From positions 1 through 53,286 of IMG/VR virus record IMGVR_UViG_3300009159_000088: a DNA stretch of 53,286 bases. One strand, written 5' to 3'. Shown one piece after another: positions 8,123 through 15,073 of this stretch. The DNA comes from a virus (Duplodnaviria > Caudoviricetes). The first letter of the stretch is position 1; each line of letters opens with the position of its first letter. Position numbers and translations under genes: made by a program. The notes beneath the pieces are model-generated. The model had not been told where the DNA came from and did no database searches. It saw only the letters and a program-made list of their open reading frames with translations.

Positions 8123-8437
8123 ATGGATCCTATTGAACTAAAACAGATGATCAACCAGTACGGTATGCCAATGATGGCTGCCGCTGGTATGGGCTACTTT
8201 ATTTACTTTGTTTGGAAATTTGTGACGGAGAACATTAATTCTGAGCTGTCGGAAGCGAAGAAAACTATGATTGCGCTGATTGACCGAATTCGTATGCTTG
8301 ATAATGATTTAATTAGACTAGAACAAAAAATTAATACAGCTATCGAAATGCAACGCGGGGGTCCACATATTGTGCCACCCGCACCAATCACCAATGAAAA
8401 ACCTGCTCCTACTTCTAATACTCAGCTTCCTCAGTAA
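8123..8437 (+). CDS. small membrane protein (holin-like topology), paralog 2
   Basis: N-terminal TM (GMPMMAAAGMGYFIYFVWKFV) plus RIRMLDNDLIRLE. Confidence 0.75.
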   Translation: MDPIELKQMINQYGMPMMAAAGMGYFIYFVWKFVTENINSELSEAKKTMIALIDRIRMLDNDLIRLEQKINTAIEMQRGGPHIVPPAPITNEKPAPTSNTQLPQ

Positions 8438-8849
8438 GGCTGTTGCATCTGATATGGTGCATGGTTTTAAGTCTCCAATGTTTAACGGCATTGGTTTTTC
8501 TTCACATGAAATCACCATTGAGAACCTTGCAAGAACCCGAAAGCAATCAATCAAAGATCAAGCGAAAGCGGATGCTGAAACTGCGAAAGTTACAGCGCAG
8601 AATACCCCGCTTAACGCATTTATCAATAACCTACAGGCTCGAATCTATTCTCAACTAGCATCTCAGGTCACGGATGCCATTTTTAACTCGGATGGAGCAA
8701 ACTTTGGCATTATTAATCTTCAAGGCGGATCAACGGTGACATGGCAAAAGAATGGCGATATGGTGACTCTTTACATTGTTGATCCTGCAACCGGAAATAC
8801 TACAACCATTCAAGTTCCTGTGGGAACATTGAAACCCGGCGGCGGCTGA
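8394..8849 (+). CDS. csgF: curli assembly protein CsgF-like
   Basis: Signal peptide MKNLLLLLILSFLSKAVA; mature N-terminus SDMVHGFKSPMFNG; FINNLQARIYSQLASQV; C-terminal TTTIQVP; directly upstream of csgG. Confidence 0.8.
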   Translation: MKNLLLLLILSFLSKAVASDMVHGFKSPMFNGIGFSSHEITIENLARTRKQSIKDQAKADAETAKVTAQNTPLNAFINNLQARIYSQLASQVTDAIFNSDGANFGIINLQGGSTVTWQKNGDMVTLYIVDPATGNTTTIQVPVGTLKPGGG

Positions 8850-8852
8850 TCG

Positions 8853-9668
8853 ATGGTGAAATTCATTTCCATACTCTTACTATCTTTGTTGTTCGGGGGT
8901 TGCGCTTCGGTTCCATCTAAGCCCGCCATCCTCGAGACCCCGAAGGTACAGATGTCCCCGATGGCAAAACAACTATTGGAACTTCCTCCAATTGATGGTC
9001 CTCGGATGACAATTGCGGTCTATGGCTTTGCTGATAAAACGGGACAGAGAAAGACTGCTGATGCCTATGCCACATTCTCTTCTGCCGTCACGCAGGGTGC
9101 AGAAAGCTGGCTCATTGATGCATTACGCCTTGCAGGAAATGGTGTATGGTTCCAGGTACTTGAACGTGCGAGCCTTGACGACATTATTAAGGAACGCCAA
9201 CTTATTTCCCAGACAAGAGAAACTTTCCTCGGTAAAGACGCCGAGAAACTCACCCCGATGTTATTTGCCGGCGTTATTGCGCAGGGCGGTATTATCGGAT
9301 ATGATAGCAATATCCTTACGGGAGGCGCTGGTGCCAGTATTCTTGGTATCTCCAGCAGTACTCAATATCGTAAAGACGTAGTAACAGTGTCGCTGAGACT
9401 CGTAAGCGTTCAAACAGGAGAGGTCCTCTTGAGTGTGGCTGTTACTAAAACCATTACGAGTATTGCCCTCTCGGGCAATCTATTTAAATTTTATGATCAC
9501 GGAACAACCCCGATTGAGTCAGAACTTGGTCTCACTGCAAATGAACCCAACGGCATCGCCGTACGGAGCGCTATTGATCAGGCAGTCATCGAAATCGTAA
9601 AACAGGGGCAAACAGCAGGTCTTTGGCAATTCAAAGACATAACCAACAATAACGCTAAAAAGAAATGA
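8853..9668 (+). CDS. csgG: curli secretion channel CsgG/HfaB-family lipoprotein
   Basis: Lipobox LFGG-C; IAVYGFADKTGQRK, FSSAVTQGA, WFQVLER..LDDIIKERQLI, GGIIGYDSN, VTVSLRLVSVQTGEVL. Confidence 0.92.
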   Translation: MVKFISILLLSLLFGGCASVPSKPAILETPKVQMSPMAKQLLELPPIDGPRMTIAVYGFADKTGQRKTADAYATFSSAVTQGAESWLIDALRLAGNGVWFQVLERASLDDIIKERQLISQTRETFLGKDAEKLTPMLFAGVIAQGGIIGYDSNILTGGAGASILGISSSTQYRKDVVTVSLRLVSVQTGEVLLSVAVTKTITSIALSGNLFKFYDHGTTPIESELGLTANEPNGIAVRSAIDQAVIEIVKQGQTAGLWQFKDITNNNAKKK

Positions 9669-10465
9669 AAACAAAACTAAAACTAGGATTCATTCTTGGG
9701 CTTATGCTATTAACTCCAGCCTTTGCCCAGAATCAGATATATGTGAATCAAATCACAACCGCGGGTTCCACAACCCTAATTCAGGTCGGCAGCCTGAATC
9801 GAATCGGCTCCTCTGGAGTTGCAAGTAACATCACCGGCGATAACATCACCTTTGAAACTCGCCAGATGGGAGATAGCAACAGTACTGACTTCTCTATTAT
9901 CGGAGCCAACAATCTGAGCTTGCTCGCTGTTGCCACGGGTAATACGAACACTCAGAAATACTTCATGAATGGTGGCAGCAATACATTCAATGTGTCGTTG
10001 GTCGGAAACACAAATTCGCTCACAGTGAATAAGGATGTCTCCGTCGATCACACCTCTGATACCGATACATCAAAGGCGACCATTGCGAACAGCGATGTCA
10101 CCATTGATGTAGTTGGTAGTTCAAACACGATGAAATTCGGATTTGAGAATGCTTCGTACAACTGGGTTGATTATAACATTACCGGTAGTTCGAATGTCAT
10201 AAAATCAACTCAGATCGGAAGCGTTGGTGCATCAACTCAGAGAGGCGGACATTATCAAGATGTTACCATCCTGGGTAGCACGAATAACCTCACCGTCTAT
10301 CAGGCTGGAATAGAACAGCAGAAGCTCGTCTATAATTTAACTGGTAGTAATAATACCGTTCAGATTATCCAGACCACAACGGCTGCTGCTCCTATTATGA
10401 CTACGGGTACATCGAACTACGGCGCCGCAAATCCAACTGCGACTATCTCGCCTCCGACTCCCTAA
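9665..10465 (+). CDS. secreted curlin-like repeat protein (CsgA/CsgB-like)
   Basis: Signal peptide (PAFA-Q); about 11-aa units ending in G-x-x-N (QVGSLN, QMGDSN, TGNTN, VGNTN, VGSSN, TGSSN, LGSTN, TGSNN); N/S/T/G/Q-rich; ATGA overlap with csgG. Confidence 0.7.
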   Translation: MKTKLKLGFILGLMLLTPAFAQNQIYVNQITTAGSTTLIQVGSLNRIGSSGVASNITGDNITFETRQMGDSNSTDFSIIGANNLSLLAVATGNTNTQKYFMNGGSNTFNVSLVGNTNSLTVNKDVSVDHTSDTDTSKATIANSDVTIDVVGSSNTMKFGFENASYNWVDYNITGSSNVIKSTQIGSVGASTQRGGHYQDVTILGSTNNLTVYQAGIEQQKLVYNLTGSNNTVQIIQTTTAAAPIMTTGTSNYGAANPTATISPPTP

Positions 10466-10468
10466 TGT

Positions 10469-11623
10469 ATGCGCATAGCCGCAGCACTGTTTTTGTTTGC
10501 GGTTATTTTTATATCTGAAGCCAGTGCCTCGGTCGGGAAACTGACCGAGGTTACTGGTCCCACTCAGATTGTTCGTGGAAAGGATAAGTTAGAAGGTAAA
10601 ATTGGTACAGAGATAGAGCAGGATGATACCATCGAGACACTAAAGGCTCGGGTATCCATTAAATTCGAGGATCATACAGTAATGCAGATCACTGAGTTCT
10701 CGAAGCTCAAGATCGATGAATTTGTGTATGATCCTGCAAGTGGTAAGGGTAAGGTCGGAATGAAAACGGCATTCGGTACCGTTCGTTATGCTTCGGGTAT
10801 TATTGCAAAGAACAGCAGAGAAAACATTAAGGTCCAAACTCCTACCGCAAAGATTTCTGTTCGTGGTACGGATTTTTCAATGACCGTCTCCGAGGATGGT
10901 AAGAGTCTCATCATTCTATTACCTTCACGCCCCGAGTATAGCGCAACTCCTGGAACCGTGGGAGTCATCGAGGTGTCGAATGTAGCAGGAAGTGTCCTTA
11001 TGACTCAGGCATATCAGGCGACCTTTATCGCGTCAATGCAGTCCGCTCCTACAAATCCCGTCATACTTAACTTTCAAGATGAAAGCAAAATCAATAACTT
11101 GATTCTTGTTGAGACTCCGAAGCCCGTCACAAGTGCGGTAAAGGAAGCCAAGAAACAGACACAGGCAAACACATCCGAATCGGTAGATGATAAACCAAAC
11201 AAAAAATCAAGCGGCAAGAGTGATTCCTCTACTGCGGTTGCTCAGGTTGAACCTAGTACGTCTACTCAAGTTAAGGCTGAAGAAAAGCCTGTAGAAGAAA
11301 CTAAAACCGCCATCATCGATGTAAAGGCAATGCAGCCAGAAATACTGCAAGCCGTAGCAGAGGTCATCTCCAAGAATCCAGAGGTCACTATTGCAACATC
11401 GGTAAATATATCACCCACCTTGATTGTTACGGCAACGGTCAATAATGGGTTTACAACCGACGGTACAAACGCTATAATGAATCTTTCGACATCCAAAGGT
11501 ACAATTCAATACAAATTAAAAGCCGACACAAGTGCAACATTTAAGATTACCGACTCCAATGGAACCACGGTATACCCACTCAACTTCGGAGACAAACTCA
11601 AGGTAAACATCATTCAGAAATGA
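10469..11623 (+). CDS. secreted FecR-domain protein
   Basis: Signal peptide (EASA-S); IKFEDHTVMQITEFSKLKID, GTVRYASG, VQTPTAKISVRGTDF; low-complexity linker and a C-terminal beta domain. Confidence 0.85.
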   Translation: MRIAAALFLFAVIFISEASASVGKLTEVTGPTQIVRGKDKLEGKIGTEIEQDDTIETLKARVSIKFEDHTVMQITEFSKLKIDEFVYDPASGKGKVGMKTAFGTVRYASGIIAKNSRENIKVQTPTAKISVRGTDFSMTVSEDGKSLIILLPSRPEYSATPGTVGVIEVSNVAGSVLMTQAYQATFIASMQSAPTNPVILNFQDESKINNLILVETPKPVTSAVKEAKKQTQANTSESVDDKPNKKSSGKSDSSTAVAQVEPSTSTQVKAEEKPVEETKTAIIDVKAMQPEILQAVAEVISKNPEVTIATSVNISPTLIVTATVNNGFTTDGTNAIMNLSTSKGTIQYKLKADTSATFKITDSNGTTVYPLNFGDKLKVNIIQK

Positions 11624-13659
11624 ACAAACACACACTCAGAATTCTTCTTGTTGGTCTTATGCTTCTCACGGTTGCCGTGAGTCTCCGCATTGCAAATCCG
11701 TATCCTATTGAGGTAATGCGTCTCAAAGGTCTGGATTATTACCAACGGAAGCAGGACAAGGTAGCGTCCGACAGTATTGTGATTGTGGAGATTGACGAGA
11801 AGGCGCTTGAAAAGAATGGACAGTGGCCATGGAAGCGTACGGAACTTGCAGGCGCAATAAGAAAAGCCATGGAGTCTGGAGCAACCGGTGTTGTATTACC
11901 CATTATTTTTGCTGAGCCTGACCGTCTTGGCGGCGATAAAGAATTCATCGAGATACTGAGTCAGTTTCCCGTTATTACAGGCCAATCAGCTTCACTAAAG
12001 GGTAAGGGCATTCCGATTCCACGCGGAGTTGCCACAATTGGTGGTAATACGGATGATTGGTTATTTGACTACCCTGCGGCAATCGGACCACTCAAAGAGA
12101 TTGGTGAGGCTTCCACGGGCGTGGGTATGTTGTTGACGGCTCCAGAGCTTGATGGCGTGGTGCGTAGATTGCCGCTCATGATTCAGATTGAAAAAGAAAA
12201 GTATCCCACAATGCCACTGGAAATCCTTCGGGTATTCGGCAACCAACCCAGCTTCCAGATCAAGGTTACAGAATCTGGTGTTTCTGCCATTCGGGTTCCG
12301 GGCACTCCTCCAATTAAGACTGATGGCAATGGGCGCGTGTGGATCAATTTTAAATATACCTTCAAGTCAGTTCCGTATACCGATGATGAATGGCACGTAA
12401 AGGATAAGATTGTAGTGATTGCCCTTACGGCTGAAGGTCTTGCAAATACCGTGGCAACTCCATTGGGTACGGCGTACGGACACGAATTCAGCCTTCAGAC
12501 TCTTCAGATGCTTCTTGATGGTAACCGACTTGAACGCCCAGCCGAGTTTGATCTATATGAAATCGCAATCGGTGTCGGTGCAGCGCTCATTCTGATTGGA
12601 GCGATCTCATTTTTGGGATATGCCTTGAATCTTGGTGTGTATCTTATTGCGGTATGTCTTCCCGTTTATTACGGCTTTCATTTATTCGATAAAGGTCTCC
12701 TTGCCGACTATACTTGGATTGTGGGTACAGCATCGGTAGTCTGGGCTGGTTCTCTCTTCATGCGATTCATCATGGAGTTTAAACTGAAACAGCAAATCAA
12801 GAAACAGTTTGGCACGTACCTATCTCCCGCCATGGTTGAGAAACTCCAAAAGAATCCTGACCTCCTCCAACTGGGCGGTGAGTCAAGAGAACTCTCCATT
12901 ATGTTTACCGATGTTCGTGGATTCACCGCAATCTCCGAACACTACGGCAAGGATGTTCAGGGTCTCACGAAAATTATGAATCGGTACATGACGGCAATGA
13001 CGCAAGCCATTCTGGACAACCAAGGGACGCTGGATAAGTACATTGGTGATGCTCAGATGGCTTTTTGGAACGCACCACTCGATGACAAGGATCATGCTCT
13101 ACACGCAGTTGAAACGGGTCTAACGATGCTGGGAAGTCTCAAGGCATTCAACGATGAGGTCACCAAGGAAGGTATCCCTGCATTCGGAATGGGTCTTGGC
13201 GTAAATACGGGTACCGTTGTTGTGGGTAATATGGGATCGACTCAACGGTTCGATTATACCTGCCTCGGAGATTCGGTGAACCTTGCCTCTCGTCTTGAGG
13301 GTCAGTCTAAACCCTACGGAGTCAAATTTGTAATTGGTCCCATCACCCGAGAATATGTGAAGGACGTATATCCCACGTTGGAACTGGATTGCATTGCGGT
13401 AAAGGGTAAGAAAGAAGGTGTGAAGATTTACACCGTATTCAACAGAGGTACACGCGTCTATTCAGATTCCCACAACAATTTTCTTGATTTCTACCGTAAT
13501 AGAGAATGGACCAAGGCACGTGTATTAGCCGTTGATTTAAAATCACATATGACTTTTCTAAGTGATTACTACGACATGATGGTAGAACGTATAGATGACC
13601 TTGAAAAAGCCGATCCTGGACCGCTCTGGGATGGTGTTTTCCGTGCAACTTCTAAGTGA
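11620..13659 (+). CDS. CHASE2-domain membrane adenylyl cyclase (class III)
   Basis: CHASE2 motifs IVIVEIDEKAL, GQWPWKR, DGVVRRLPL; 3 TM; cyclase motifs FTDVRGFT, DKYIGDAQM, GVNTG.VVVGNMG, RFDYTCLGDSVNLASRLE, VKGK. Confidence 0.95.
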   Translation: MNKHTLRILLVGLMLLTVAVSLRIANPYPIEVMRLKGLDYYQRKQDKVASDSIVIVEIDEKALEKNGQWPWKRTELAGAIRKAMESGATGVVLPIIFAEPDRLGGDKEFIEILSQFPVITGQSASLKGKGIPIPRGVATIGGNTDDWLFDYPAAIGPLKEIGEASTGVGMLLTAPELDGVVRRLPLMIQIEKEKYPTMPLEILRVFGNQPSFQIKVTESGVSAIRVPGTPPIKTDGNGRVWINFKYTFKSVPYTDDEWHVKDKIVVIALTAEGLANTVATPLGTAYGHEFSLQTLQMLLDGNRLERPAEFDLYEIAIGVGAALILIGAISFLGYALNLGVYLIAVCLPVYYGFHLFDKGLLADYTWIVGTASVVWAGSLFMRFIMEFKLKQQIKKQFGTYLSPAMVEKLQKNPDLLQLGGESRELSIMFTDVRGFTAISEHYGKDVQGLTKIMNRYMTAMTQAILDNQGTLDKYIGDAQMAFWNAPLDDKDHALHAVETGLTMLGSLKAFNDEVTKEGIPAFGMGLGVNTGTVVVGNMGSTQRFDYTCLGDSVNLASRLEGQSKPYGVKFVIGPITREYVKDVYPTLELDCIAVKGKKEGVKIYTVFNRGTRVYSDSHNNFLDFYRNREWTKARVLAVDLKSHMTFLSDYYDMMVERIDDLEKADPGPLWDGVFRATSK

Positions 13660-13662
13660 TAA

Positions 13663-13723
13663 TTGATAGTCAATCACTTATAAAATTCTTTGATATTTAC
13701 TTTCAAAGAGTTTTGTGTAGGAT
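13663..13723 (+). promoter_or_regulatory. early promoter with upstream palindromic motif
   Basis: TTGatagtCAAtcaCTTA (13663-13680), TTTACT (13696-13701), N16, TAGGAT (13718-13723). Confidence 0.75.
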
Positions 13724-13737
13724 TGTATCATAATGAA
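13710..13737 (+). repeat. 28-bp exact direct repeat of 2183-2210; near-copy at 14122-14149
   Basis: gttttgtgtaggattgtatcataatgaa spans the -10 box and the start codon. Confidence 0.9.
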
Positions 13738-14065
13738 AATTAAACGTGCCCAAGAACTTTACAACAGTAAATTGGAAATGGTTGCCTATGCTCAACTCAA
13801 TGAATGGCCAGAGCTTCGCGCAATAAAGACCACACTTTGGATTTTGGCCAATAAAATTGGCATTAGCCGAACCAAAATGCAACTGGATATTGATGCTGCG
13901 GTTCCTCGACTCGGACCGGCAGGTGAAGGCAGACTCGAAGAAAAGACCCTTGGGCTGAGAAAAAAAACCTGGCGTACAGCTCCAGGTGGACCAAGCTGGC
14001 GCCAAGAGCGTGAAAAAAAGAAATCTTATTCCAACGGTCGGTCGGGATGGATTCGTGGACATTAA
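13733..14065 (+). CDS. basic hypothetical protein
   Basis: 110 aa ORF starting inside the repeated promoter cassette. Confidence 0.65.
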   Translation: MKIKRAQELYNSKLEMVAYAQLNEWPELRAIKTTLWILANKIGISRTKMQLDIDAAVPRLGPAGEGRLEEKTLGLRKKTWRTAPGGPSWRQEREKKKSYSNGRSGWIRGH

Positions 14066-14074
14066 TTAGGGTTG

Positions 14075-14135
14075 TTGGTTAATAACAACTTAGGACAATC
14101 TATTTGATTTACTTTGACACGGTTTTGTTTATGAT
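14075..14135 (+). promoter_or_regulatory. early promoter with upstream palindromic motif
   Basis: TTGgttaaTAAcaaCTTA (14075-14092), TTTACT (14108-14113), N16, TATGAT (14130-14135). Confidence 0.7.
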
Positions 14136-14144
14136 TGTATCATA

Positions 14145-14582
14145 ATGAAAGTCAAACATATCCTCGCAATCCTGGCTATTACCGCTACCGTTTCGGCTCA
14201 AAATGTTGACCGCTTGATTGAAGCCCTGGTGCGTACCGAAAGCAACGGCAACGCTGCTGCCATCGGCGACCGCGGTAAAGCCCTTGGAATCCTTCAGATT
14301 CATGATGTGATGGTCAAGGACTTTAACCGTATCACCGGTAAGAATTACAGACATGCCGACATGTTCGACGAAATTACCTCTCGGGAGGTCGCCAGAGGCG
14401 TTCTGAATTTCTACTCAAAACACATTGAAAAAACCATGAACCGTAAAGCCACCGAAAAAGAGCTTGGTTTTATTTGGAACGGTGGCGGTAGTTCTTGGCG
14501 CCGTGTGGCGGCTCCGATTTCGGACACCAAGCAAAAGAATCTGGAAGCCTATTGGGCCAAGGTCTACAAAAACCTAAAGTAA
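14145..14582 (+). CDS. secreted lysozyme-fold enzyme (lytic transglycosylase / destabilase-like)
   Basis: Signal peptide (TVSA-Q); catalytic ES motif (VRTESNG), GD.GKALGILQI, WNGG. Confidence 0.8.
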   Translation: MKVKHILAILAITATVSAQNVDRLIEALVRTESNGNAAAIGDRGKALGILQIHDVMVKDFNRITGKNYRHADMFDEITSREVARGVLNFYSKHIEKTMNRKATEKELGFIWNGGGSSWRRVAAPISDTKQKNLEAYWAKVYKNLK

Positions 14583-14595
14583 TAAATAACCTCTG

Positions 14596-14720
14596 AAAGC
14601 ATCGTTTCAAAAGAGCTTACTTTCACTCAGAAGTAGATCATCGATCAACTACGACCACTTATGGTGGTTTATCTTTTATAAAGAATCTTCTTTGAGTAGG
14701 CTCCTTTGAAACGATGCTTT
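14596..14720 (+). ncRNA. candidate structured non-coding RNA
   Basis: 26-bp closing stem (one mismatch, one G-U) around several short hairpins; AATAAATA at 14581-14588; intergenic. Confidence 0.5.
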
Positions 14721-14725
14721 TGTTG

Positions 14726-14754
14726 TTTACATTTGACCGACTTCACTTTAATAT
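14726..14754 (+). promoter_or_regulatory. early sigma70-type promoter
   Basis: gTTTACA-N17-TAATAT; ATG 9 nt downstream. Confidence 0.55.
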
Positions 14755-14763
14755 ATCTACATA

Positions 14764-15072
14764 ATGAAAAAATACACATACACTGAAATCAAGGATATTC
14801 TAAAAGAAAATTCCGTCGTAACGGTTTTCTTTACAAAAGTTAATGGTGAATCAAGAGTTTTGCAAGCGACTCTTTCACTCGATCTTATTCCAGAAGAACA
14901 TAGACCCACCGGCAATACTCCGCGGATTCAAAGCGAAGATGCGATTTGCGTCTATGATGTTGAAAATGAGGGATGGCGCGCGTTTCGTGTCGAGGGTATA
15001 ACACACATTGAGATCCCGGCTTTAGTTGAATCAGAATCTGAATCTGAAACCCAAGTCGAATTCATTGATTAA
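14764..15072 (+). CDS. WYL_2/SH3-like beta-barrel phage protein
   Basis: VFFTKVNGESRVLQATL...VYDVENEGWRAFRV. Confidence 0.75.
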   Translation: MKKYTYTEIKDILKENSVVTVFFTKVNGESRVLQATLSLDLIPEEHRPTGNTPRIQSEDAICVYDVENEGWRAFRVEGITHIEIPALVESESESETQVEFID

Positions 15073-15073
15073 T

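Noticed and set aside
7836-13659. Bacterial contamination or chimeric assembly of the curli/cyclase block
   Set aside because: It is translationally coupled to a phage-type gene, preceded by a T4 late box and followed directly by the phage promoter cassette; read-level confirmation is still advisable
14596-14720. Cloverleaf-like fold as a tRNA
   Set aside because: No T-loop GTTC, no 7-bp acceptor stem with CCA, and the closing stem is far too long; kept only as an unknown ncRNA candidate
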